From: a virus
Length of the DNA: 64,000 nt
IMG/VR virus record: IMGVR_UViG_3300045988_164982
Direction: 5' to 3' (one strand)
The position numbers and the translations under genes are program-made. This document shows positions 56,178 to 64,000 of this stretch, piece after piece; positions within the stretch are counted from its first letter, which is position 1, and every line of letters begins with the position of its first letter. The notes under the pieces were generated by a model that saw only the letters and a list, made by a program, of their open reading frames with translations, was not told where the DNA came from and made no database searches.

Positions 56178-56441
56178 TTAGTTTTTTGCGATGAAAAGCA
56201 ACATGGAAATATTGACTGTTTTGTATTGGGAGTAAAACCAGTCGTTAGGCTTGATATGGACGGTATAATTGTCATCTACATAGCTGAAAAGATGGTTAGA
56301 TAAGTATTCAGCAAGGTCACAAACAGCCTGTGTCCTGTTGCAATTCATAGTAGTAACAAGCTCGTCAAGCTGTTCAGCATTAGCCTGTTTTAAGACTTTC
56401 GCAACCGCCAGCTCATACATTGTCTCGGTATCAAATTCCAT
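56178..56441 (-). CDS. acidic hypothetical protein
   Basis: RBS TTAGGAGTG. Confidence 0.35.
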   Translation of the reverse strand: MEFDTETMYELAVAKVLKQANAEQLDELVTTMNCNRTQAVCDLAEYLSNHLFSYVDDNYTVHIKPNDWFYSQYKTVNISMLLFIAKN

Positions 56442-56728
56442 AATATCCACTCCTAAAAGACAAAGGCAGGTCAAAACACCGCCTTGAGACAAAAATTTTC
56501 TAAAACTGTCCACCAGTGGTGGAAAATAGGCCAATTTTCAGATGTTGCCTTGCCAGGAACGACTGACAAAGCAATCAGCAGGGAAAATCACCCTAAAAAT
56601 GCTATCTAGCTATAACAAAAAGTGCATAGCTGGGCAGCTAAAACCGGTAAAAGATGAATACCGAACACTCAATATTCATAAAGGATAACAAAAATCCCGC
56701 CTTTAGACTTTTCGCCTTGAAAAATATA

Positions 56729-56750
56729 TAACAAAATTGTTATATTAATC
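56729..56750. promoter_or_regulatory. perfect palindrome ATATAACAA-AA-TTGTTATAT inside a CCCGCCT...AGGCGGG long-range stem
   Basis: 9-bp perfect inverted repeat within a 435-bp ORF-free stretch. Confidence 0.45.
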
Positions 56751-56904
56751 CGTTAGGCGGGTAAAGAAGTCCACCCACAACCAAATTACCAGCAGGTAAA
56801 AGGCTAGATAGTATAATTTTTTCATTCTAAAACCACCTTTCAAATGTTTATGTGCAAAGTTTACAAAATTTCATAGCTAACCATTCCAGATTTTGTGAAA
56901 GGTT

Positions 56905-56976
56905 AACAATCATGGTAAAAACCACTTATGATACCTATTACATTTTTGTAGGTAATAGGCATTTAAGAAGTTTTTA
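56905..56976 (-). promoter_or_regulatory. conserved intergenic RNA element, copy A (AAAACCrCTTATGATACC-hairpin-GCATTTAAGArGTTTT)
   Basis: hairpin CCTATTAC...GTAATAGG here versus CACCGCC...GGCGGTG in copy B. Confidence 0.45.
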
Positions 56977-57240
56977 ATCATGGGGCATGGTAGGCAGATG
57001 ACTGATGACTGGGGTAAAATACCCCTTGTTATAGTAGGCATCTACTTCTGCCATGCTATTGAACTCTATAGTCCAATCTTTTACAACTTGGCAAGAAAAT
57101 CCGACATCACTCAGTAAACACCTATAGTCAACTACATACTTGTTTTTAATATGATACAAGTTTGCATGTATGCTGAGGGTCTTGCCGTTTTTCGTTTTTA
57201 CAACGTTATGAGTAGCTATACAATCCTCTAGTTTACGCAT
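56974..57240 (-). CDS. hypothetical protein
   Basis: ORF. Confidence 0.4.
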   Translation of the reverse strand: MRKLEDCIATHNVVKTKNGKTLSIHANLYHIKNKYVVDYRCLLSDVGFSCQVVKDWTIEFNSMAEVDAYYNKGYFTPVISHLPTMPHD

Positions 57241-57254
57241 TTCAAAAACCGCCT

Positions 57255-57348
57255 TTCCAGGATTTACAAATTTTCATTCACGGAATAAAACCGCTTATGA
57301 TACCCACCGCCCAGCAAGGCGGTGAGCATTTAAGAGGTTTTATTTATC
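57255..57348 (-). promoter_or_regulatory. conserved intergenic RNA element, copy B
   Basis: see copy A. Confidence 0.45.
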
Positions 57349-57349
57349 A

Positions 57350-57853
57350 TCAATTCCAATAGATTGCCCAAGCTCTTTCCCTTGCCAATTCCTCAAGCAG
57401 GTCGTGCTCTTTGTTGGCTACTAGGGCATTGATAATTTTTACATCTAACTCGGACGGTACGTTATTGATATAGCATATATACCAGCCCTTACCGCAACAA
57501 ATATCATAAAGGTGATTTAGGAGGGCGTGCTCACCATTGCCCCACATATCGTATATGGTTTGGTCAAAGTTATCGCCGTACATATCCATGAGGTCGTCAG
57601 CACACTCGATGTGATCTCTCCATAAGATATAGTAATTAGAGTTACTGCTGATTATGCTTTTTTCAGCAGACAAGGTCAGCACACCAGCAAGCTGGTCGGC
57701 TGGATAGTAGTTAATAGCGTTTGACCATGTATGACAAATATGTACATCACACTCCCGCTCGATTACCATCTCAACGGCAACTTGGCTGGCTTTTACGGCC
57801 TCAACCAGCTTTGCCTCAAAATCCCAGTATTCGCTATATGTATACTTCTCCAT
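57350..57853 (-). CDS. acidic hypothetical protein
   Basis: 167-aa ORF. Confidence 0.45.
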   Translation of the reverse strand: MEKYTYSEYWDFEAKLVEAVKASQVAVEMVIERECDVHICHTWSNAINYYPADQLAGVLTLSAEKSIISSNSNYYILWRDHIECADDLMDMYGDNFDQTIYDMWGNGEHALLNHLYDICCGKGWYICYINNVPSELDVKIINALVANKEHDLLEELARERAWAIYWN

Positions 57854-58582
57854 AATGAAACACTCCTTTGTATTGCTTATTATTATTCTGACTAATAGCC
57901 ATTAGTCTGCCCTTTACCTATGCGGGTAATGAGCAGGTAAAGGCTACAAGGTCGGCAGGGAATACACCGCTCCGCCATGACATTATGGCAGTGTACTTTG
58001 CTGATAGTATGCCACATATCACACCGCCAGCTGTAGCAAGCTAGCTATGGCATACCGTTTCTGTCAGCGTGTCCGCTACATCATCATAGCGGGTGGGCGT
58101 ACTACACCTGTAGCACGACTTTGAGCTGTATGCGGTTTTCAAGGTACAACCGTTCCTTGCAGGTGGCTTACACCTGTGGGTAGACTACTCCCTGTCCTGC
58201 CTCCTATTTCAGGACGACTTTAATACATCTATTTGTTCGCTTTTGTTTGGCGGTTGCGACTCCGCCTGTACGGTACACGCCCCGCACGGTTGGCGGTCTA
58301 GGGGGTAGGCTTTCAACTTTGTTCCTGTTCCCCTTGACAATTATATTATAACTCTACACCTATATAATGTCAATACTTTTTATATATTTTTTGGCAGCCT
58401 GTGTGTATTTTTTATGTGGCGTTTTGTATTTTACCAGAGGTCAAGCGGATGTTTGCTCGGTACTGCCCTGGGAGCTACGCTAGGGAATTGCATGGTCTAG
58501 CTCTAAAATTTTTCCCAAATTTGAAATCCATTTGTGCAAGGTTAATCAACTGCGTTTTGTATAAAAATCTACAAAAAATCAT

Positions 58583-58617
58583 TGATAACAACACTATAAT
58601 ATGGTATTATACATATA
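58583..58617 (+). promoter_or_regulatory. sigma-70 promoter TTGATA-17-TATTAT
   Basis: spacing and sequence; lies upstream of the gene at 58652. Confidence 0.45.
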
Positions 58618-58651
58618 AAAGGTATGTACAGTATTTATAGGAGGACAAAAG

Positions 58652-59242
58652 ATGGCGGTAGTAAAGGAAACAAGCATACAAATTAGGATGAGCGAAGATG
58701 AAAAAGCCATATTAAAGGCATTAGCTGAACAAAAGGGGCTTACATTATCAGACTTTGTACGCAGCGTATGTAAGCAGACAGTTATTAATAGCATGAGTGG
58801 CAGTTGCAACCTACAGGATAGGGAAGAAAGCGGCCAAATCACAAATAAGAATGATGTGAACCTAGGTGAGAAAAATCTAACACTTTTAGGAGGGGACGAT
58901 TGGGTAGCATATTCTTTTAATACCACGAAGAATACGAGTGAGATTCTGAACGCTGTTGCTAAAGCTAACAACACAACAGCCAATAAAATGATAAGAACAC
59001 TGCTATTAGCATGGCTAAGGGGAAAGACGAACAATGAGAATAGTGGAGTAGGAAGTATTTCTATATCCCCTAGAAAAAGAGGAGAAAAAAACTCGGTCAC
59101 TATCGGTCTTACCTTGACTAAGAATGACAGAGAAGCAATTTTAGGCTATTTAGCACAGTCAGGAGATAAACTTACTGGACTGCTAGATACCCTGATAGAC
59201 ACCTATGTGAAACCACAGCACAATGAACTGAAAGGGGAGTAG
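58652..59242 (+). CDS. DNA-binding protein with two RHH/CopG-like modules
   Basis: IRMSEDEKAILKALAEQKGLTLSDFVR and a second LTKNDREAILGYLAQSGDKLTGLL module. Confidence 0.45.
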   Translation: MAVVKETSIQIRMSEDEKAILKALAEQKGLTLSDFVRSVCKQTVINSMSGSCNLQDREESGQITNKNDVNLGEKNLTLLGGDDWVAYSFNTTKNTSEILNAVAKANNTTANKMIRTLLLAWLRGKTNNENSGVGSISISPRKRGEKNSVTIGLTLTKNDREAILGYLAQSGDKLTGLLDTLIDTYVKPQHNELKGE

Positions 59243-59247
59243 CAACC

Positions 59248-60837
59248 ATGATTAAGAAAGCAATCACCCTAGCAGTGGTATTAGTTATGCTGATGGCAAG
59301 CCAATGTTATGCAAAGAAAACAGCTCTAACGAATTTTGAATTAGATGAACTAGCACGACACATAGAAATAAACCTAAGCAGCATGGGTATGAGAGCACAT
59401 TTCATTCAGGACAATCCGAACGAAATGACTTTAACCCTAGAAGCTAGTAAGTATAAGTTCGTCACAGTCAAAAATAGTAATGGTACATTGCAAAACCTTA
59501 TCTGGTATGATATTGGTGGCTCTGCTGCTGGTAAAGATATTCTCTCTATGCTAAATGAGAGTATTTTCGCAACTATCGGTTTCCCAAAAGAAGATAGGAT
59601 AGAAAGCAACCCTGTTAATAATCGCCGTATAGGAGTAACGACATGGAATATACGCTCAAAACGATTGAAGCAGGAACTGCTTTACCAGGTAAAATATGAC
59701 AGCAAAAATAATCGAACGCTGTTTTCGCTTGGGAATGAACCTATAGATTCTGCATTGAACAGCATACAGCTAGCGGAAAATACTAACAACTTGATAGGTT
59801 TTGGAATTGACGAATATATCAAACATTTACAAATAAATCTTAATGGTAGAGGTATTACAAGTGAAATTAGTAAAAATAGTCAAAATGATATTGATGTTAC
59901 CGTAAAAAATCAAAAAAGTGGATTTTCTACTTATAGAATGATTGCCAAAACAAAAAACAATGGCTCAATAGGAGGTGTCGTTTGGTATTTAAAAACTGGC
60001 AATCCCACAGTTTATGAAGATATGGATTTTATCAGAAGCATATGCGATACTTTAGAAATAGAGTCTAATAGCGTCCACACATTTGCTTTTGGCTCTCATT
60101 TACAGCGTATAGGCGATGGAGTATTTGTAGGTAGTTTCTTAGATAAACAAAAGGGGTATTCAATAAGATATGGAAATCGTTATAATGGTGACATTATCAT
60201 TAGAGGAATAGTCTGCGAACCTATAAATTTAAATGATTTATGGTATGATATTGATGGCTTGGAAGAATCTACAGAAAGCTACGATGAAAAAATATTTAAG
60301 CAGGAAATTGAAGAACTATCAGTGCTAAGTCGGCATGGAGCACAAGCAATCTATGAACAATTGCCTACTATATATCACGACACTCCAGATTATAAACTGA
60401 CAGAGCTGCATACAAGGGACAACAAGACCTACATTTGTACTGCATACTATAAAGATTCATCGTGCGATATTTACTTCACGCAGAATGATAAAGGAAAGCT
60501 TGATACCGCAGCTATAATGTTTGATAGTGATGACAAGCGGGATGCTGCCATAGCAAGCTATGGTAAAATCACTATGGCTATCGGAATGTCAACAGCGGAT
60601 GCATTAAATTTACATGCTAATGCAATACATAATGCTGAACAACGACTTTATGTACAAAAACTAGCTGGAAATACTATAATGCATGGGTTAAGCGATATGT
60701 ATGATAGTAGTAGAAAGCATTTCTCTTTAATGTTTGCATATGATGAAATAGCTAAGAAGTTTAGTCTTTTGCTTGGGGTTATTGCCCCATCACCTAGTGA
60801 AATAGCGGATTATCGCAATGAATTAGGTATGAATTAA
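59248..60837 (+). CDS. secreted/lipoprotein-like hypothetical protein
   Basis: signal peptide MIKKAITLAVVLVMLMASQCYA. Confidence 0.5.
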   Translation: MIKKAITLAVVLVMLMASQCYAKKTALTNFELDELARHIEINLSSMGMRAHFIQDNPNEMTLTLEASKYKFVTVKNSNGTLQNLIWYDIGGSAAGKDILSMLNESIFATIGFPKEDRIESNPVNNRRIGVTTWNIRSKRLKQELLYQVKYDSKNNRTLFSLGNEPIDSALNSIQLAENTNNLIGFGIDEYIKHLQINLNGRGITSEISKNSQNDIDVTVKNQKSGFSTYRMIAKTKNNGSIGGVVWYLKTGNPTVYEDMDFIRSICDTLEIESNSVHTFAFGSHLQRIGDGVFVGSFLDKQKGYSIRYGNRYNGDIIIRGIVCEPINLNDLWYDIDGLEESTESYDEKIFKQEIEELSVLSRHGAQAIYEQLPTIYHDTPDYKLTELHTRDNKTYICTAYYKDSSCDIYFTQNDKGKLDTAAIMFDSDDKRDAAIASYGKITMAIGMSTADALNLHANAIHNAEQRLYVQKLAGNTIMHGLSDMYDSSRKHFSLMFAYDEIAKKFSLLLGVIAPSPSEIADYRNELGMN

Positions 60838-60942
60838 ATCGCAACCCATAAAAATGTGATAAACCCAGCCAAATAACCCATAAAAATGTGATTGACATAT
60901 GCCAAACAATGCATGATAATGTGATTAAAGGAGGGGATAAAA

Positions 60943-61602
60943 ATGAGAGATGCTTATGATTTTGCCAAGTATTTTATAAAGAACGGCTATGATTCCAATC
61001 CAAACACATACGATGGAAACATGAAACTTCAAAAAATGTTGACATTCGCAAATGCTATAAGCCTTGCAGAATACGGCAGCCCCCTGTTCAATGATAAAAT
61101 ATTAGCTTTTACTAATGGCTGTGTTGTAGAAAAGGTCAGACTGAGATATAGGAATGATTATAAGGGTTTAAAACGAGATAGCGATGTATTTCAGCCAGAT
61201 TTTACAGAGCAGGAATACGATGTACTGAATTTGACTGTAGGAATATTCGGCAAGGAAAGTGCCGTGACATTATCCAATGTCAATCACGAGTTCAGTTTTT
61301 GGAATGAACCATATCATAGAGGCATGGTCAATGATAGCTATCATGACAAAGAAAAATCAGTTGTTAATATGGAGGATTATCCCAAAGATATATCCGTGAT
61401 AAAAGGTATGATTGATATATACAGACAAAATCATAAAGATAGTAATAAGAGTGAGCTAATAAACGGCATTACTTTTTACTATGATGGTTTTGAGCTGACC
61501 GACAGCATTGTCCATGAGCTTGCAGAGTTTGCACTGTCTGGGGAGGCAGAGGATAGTTCTTATACGGTCTGCCTTGATGATGGAGAGCTGGTGATTTACT
61601 GA
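60943..61602 (+). CDS. Panacea (DUF4065/SocA-like) domain protein, putative antitoxin
   Basis: AKYFIKNG ... MKLQKMLTFANAISLAEYGSPLFNDKILAFTNGCVV pattern. Confidence 0.55.
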   Translation: MRDAYDFAKYFIKNGYDSNPNTYDGNMKLQKMLTFANAISLAEYGSPLFNDKILAFTNGCVVEKVRLRYRNDYKGLKRDSDVFQPDFTEQEYDVLNLTVGIFGKESAVTLSNVNHEFSFWNEPYHRGMVNDSYHDKEKSVVNMEDYPKDISVIKGMIDIYRQNHKDSNKSELINGITFYYDGFELTDSIVHELAEFALSGEAEDSSYTVCLDDGELVIY

Positions 61603-61961
61603 TGGAATTGAAAGCAGGTCACATCGTCAAAGGCAAACTTCCTTTTCGAGATGGCAAAATACCATTGTATAGCAGACCTTATCTGATTGTGAAAATAGAT
61701 TGCGATACAGTGGATTTGCTAAATATATCATCTACAGACGGCAAGGAATGGAAACTGGCCATGAAATCAAATATGGCTATAGTAAATTACGATCCACCAC
61801 TAAACAAGCCATCGTTTGTTAAACTTGATTCGCGCATAACAGTTCCATTGGAAAAGGTATGTAGTCTAAAGTTATGGGGTTCGCAGCCGTTATGTGAAAG
61901 TGAATTAGTGAAAATAATCAATGCCCTAGAGGTATTTGAAGTAGATGAAACAGAAAAATAA
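61602..61961 (+). CDS. putative cognate toxin (MazF/PemK-like fold suspected)
   Basis: TGATGG start/stop coupling; KAGHIVKGKLPF...SRPYLIVK resembles the MazF N-terminal pattern. Confidence 0.3.
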   Translation: MELKAGHIVKGKLPFRDGKIPLYSRPYLIVKIDCDTVDLLNISSTDGKEWKLAMKSNMAIVNYDPPLNKPSFVKLDSRITVPLEKVCSLKLWGSQPLCESELVKIINALEVFEVDETEK

Positions 61962-62048
61962 CCCGCAATTTGCCCAACTTCCCCGAATGATGTACAATAA
62001 CTTCATAAATTTCCTTTCAGCGCACTTAGCGGAAATACTAAGCATAAG

Positions 62049-62078
62049 ACCACCCAGAGTATCTTTTGGGTGGTCTTT
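62049..62078. terminator. bidirectional terminator hairpin AGACCACCCA...TGGGTGGTCT
   Basis: 10-bp perfect stem between convergent genes. Confidence 0.55.
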
Positions 62079-62112
62079 GTGTTGTGTACTCCTTTCTTTA
62101 GAGGTTGGAATA

Positions 62113-62808
62113 TTAATTTGTACCCAGCAGCAATCTAAATGCTTCCTTACCTTTCGGAGTAATTAATGTTTGTGTGCCAGCCCATTTGCCTGTTTGGGAC
62201 TTACTGTCCTTGATGTGGAAATAATCTGTGTATTTGGAGTAGGGCTGTAGGCTTCCTTTTTTATCACGATAGACAAACTTGTTGTCCAGAAGCCAGCTGA
62301 TGAATTGATTTTGCTTGATGTGCAATTCCTTGGCTGTGGTTCGGAAATTAGTCAGCAAATTTCGGTCTACCAAGACATCAAAATATTCCGCCTTTGGTTT
62401 CATAGCTTGGTTTTCGACTAATAATTTTTGGTTCTTCTCGTATTCGTCTGCCAGGGCACGCAATGCTGATGGATAATCTTTAGGCATGATTGAATAGCTA
62501 CCAGTTTTGCGGATAGATGGAAGTATTTCATCGGCAAGTAGAGCCTGAAATTTTTGAGCTGTTTCATTGCTTGCTTTAAAACCCAAGCGATAAACCATGT
62601 TTTCAGGGAGGAAATTATCTTTCCCCACTTGTGGGGAAAAACCAAACTCACTTAAATAGTCATTGACTCTATCCCAACGAACATATTCAACCCCACTTTT
62701 AAACTGTGTAAATCCCCAGCCTCTTGCAACATCTTCAGCATTAAGCATTGCCGTTCCATCTTCTGTAATATACCCACGAACATTTTTAATAGTTATTAAT
62801 TCGTTCAT
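62113..62808 (-). CDS. Bro-N/KilA-C-type antirepressor
   Basis: MNELITIKNVRGYITEDGTAMLNAEDVARGWGF Bro-N-like start. Confidence 0.45.
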   Translation of the reverse strand: MNELITIKNVRGYITEDGTAMLNAEDVARGWGFTQFKSGVEYVRWDRVNDYLSEFGFSPQVGKDNFLPENMVYRLGFKASNETAQKFQALLADEILPSIRKTGSYSIMPKDYPSALRALADEYEKNQKLLVENQAMKPKAEYFDVLVDRNLLTNFRTTAKELHIKQNQFISWLLDNKFVYRDKKGSLQPYSKYTDYFHIKDSKSQTGKWAGTQTLITPKGKEAFRLLLGTN

Positions 62809-63055
62809 AATAAAGTCCTTTCTATACTGTGAAAACCCAAATTTAGTTTCTAATCTATTACCTCCTGATGTTTTACTCATTTTTGAGTAAAAGACATCTA
62901 CCTGATTACTCGTCACAGTGACGAGTAATATAATCGCAAGAAATATCAGTAAAACCAGCACCATCAACACGGAGGACTTTTTTGTCCACTGTTGTATAAT
63001 CTATATTAACTAAATTACATTGCTTTCCATGTTTATCACCCTTTCGGTATCTTAG

Positions 63056-63808
63056 TTAGGCGGTTTCGTTAAGGAATTTGTTAATAAAGTAGGTCTGACC
63101 TTTACCTGTGACTTTTGGTGTCTTAGTTATTCTGACACTTCCATCGGGATTGAAGATGTTACGCTCTTTTATCTCGAACAGACCTAGCTTCATACTTCTT
63201 TGTATTGGCATATTCCAATCACTGCTTTTCCTGGAAATGAGGTAGCCATTATCCCGCAGCCAAGCAAAAAATCGCTTCTCGCCAATATCTACTCCGTTCT
63301 GCTTGATGATTTTAGCCAGCTCGCCTACCAGAATTGAGGTTTTGGAAGATTCTACTGCTTCGGCAAACAATACTTTCGTTTTCATTTCCTCAACCCTTGC
63401 CAGAGCTTTCTGCTTGGCTTCGTATTCATTTGCCCAGGCTCTTGCTGCTTCTGCGGGATTGTTAAAGTTAGGCAAAGCTAAAGCATTCTCATTAACAAGC
63501 TGGTGCTCCATCTCATAGAATTTATCCACATATGTGGCTGTGAATAAAATTCCTTTATCGCCTGTCATTTTGTTGGCTACCATATCACACCCTTTCTTGG
63601 TTAAGAGGTAGCACTTATATGCTTTGCCGGTGCCAGCTGTATAGCTTGATTCTATAAAGAAATTATCAGAATCCAATTTTGGATTTTGATATAGGATATT
63701 GACATAGCTATCAATATCACGGCATAAATGTGCATGAGTCTTATCAATCAACTCTGCTACTTCACGGCTGTCTGCATAAACGATTCCATCTTTTTTAATT
63801 AACTTCAT
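63056..63808 (-). CDS. Rha-family regulatory protein (paralog of 49789-50640)
   Basis: N-terminal ~110 aa nearly identical to the + strand Rha, with ~85% nucleotide identity over ~330 bp. Confidence 0.65.
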   Translation of the reverse strand: MKLIKKDGIVYADSREVAELIDKTHAHLCRDIDSYVNILYQNPKLDSDNFFIESSYTAGTGKAYKCYLLTKKGCDMVANKMTGDKGILFTATYVDKFYEMEHQLVNENALALPNFNNPAEAARAWANEYEAKQKALARVEEMKTKVLFAEAVESSKTSILVGELAKIIKQNGVDIGEKRFFAWLRDNGYLISRKSSDWNMPIQRSMKLGLFEIKERNIFNPDGSVRITKTPKVTGKGQTYFINKFLNETA

Positions 63809-63869
63809 AACATTTGCTCCTTTCGGTATTTCACATTGAATTACTTCAATAACATTTCAATGCTTCAAA

Positions 63870-63906
63870 ATGCTGGCCAGTTGTCAACAAATCTTTGACA
63901 ACTGGC
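63870..63906. promoter_or_regulatory. perfect 13-bp inverted repeat GGCCAGTTGTCAA-N7-TTGACAACTGGCC upstream of the Rha paralog
   Basis: direct reading of the sequence. Confidence 0.5.
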
Positions 63907-64000
63907 CATATTCTCCATAGGCCTACAAAACATTTGCATATTGGAAACATTTTTGTTATAATAAAGCTACAGACGGAACTTAAAAGCGTTGTATTACGTG

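Noticed and set aside
61945-62166. 73-aa + strand ORF
   Set aside because: It spans a bidirectional terminator hairpin between convergent genes and has no RBS.

Overview
This window looks like most of a temperate tailed-phage or prophage genome from a low-GC Firmicute: about 42% GC, AGGAGG-type ribosome binding sites, and a PBSX-like XkdX/XhlA/holin/amidase lysis block. No rRNA, tRNA or CRISPR array is evident.

Layout, left to right:
- 1-12.3 kb: tail module. It opens with the 3' end of a repeat-bearing gene (probably the tape measure protein), then GTA-like distal-tail and hub genes (DUF2460-like, DUF2163/BR0599-like), a 1038-aa host-specificity protein, and a 1517-aa fiber built from about 24 tandem CBM5/12-like repeats.
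- 10.3-13.7 kb: a diversity-generating retroelement (DGR). The 665-aa tail fiber ends in a variable region (VR). A template repeat (TR) lies 204 bp downstream and differs from the VR only at TR adenines. A DGR-type reverse transcriptase (IGxxxSQ, YVRYNDD) follows. No avd gene is present. The TR+RT cassette sits between the tail fiber and the XkdW/XkdX/XhlA/holin/endolysin lysis block.
- 15-28 kb: small accessory and early genes, all on the + strand. These include a small N6-adenine methyltransferase, an ArpU-like regulator, a roughly 520-bp ORF-free region that may be a structured RNA, and an HhH protein followed by a 17-unit 39-bp repeat array with a 117-bp higher-order period. Also here are DUF3310, a MazG-like protein, a six-member paralogous small-protein family, and a C5-methyltransferase remnant.
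- 28.4-31.4 kb: a putative attP with TGACCAACA arm repeats, a tyrosine integrase, a cI-like repressor and a cro-like gene, with recurring TGTAGC-N8-GCTACA operators.
- 31.9-45.7 kb: recombination and replication genes. These are a Rad50/SbcC-like ATPase, RecT and an MBL-fold protein; a DnaD-like organizer carrying internal iterons; a DnaC-like loader and SSB. A second SMC-like ATPase, an HNH-AP2 endonuclease and a RinA-like late regulator follow.
- 45.7-47.1 kb: an IS200/IS605-family TnpB-only element with end hairpins, which truncates a small ribbon-helix-helix gene.
- 47.4-51.1 kb: antirepressor and Rha genes.
- 51.2-57.9 kb: a minus-strand island carrying a GGCT-like enzyme, an amidoligase/GCS2-like ligase, RadC-JAB and ArdA. 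It has duplicated structured 5' UTRs and duplicated intergenic elements.
- 57.9-58.4 kb: a GC-rich ORF-free block.
- 58.6-64 kb: RHH, secreted and Panacea-antitoxin/MazF-like genes, then inverted Bro-N and Rha antirepressor paralogs.

The items most worth follow-up are the DGR, the 39-bp repeat array, the amidoligase/GGCT island with its conserved UTR RNA elements, the paralog family, and the two ORF-free structured regions.
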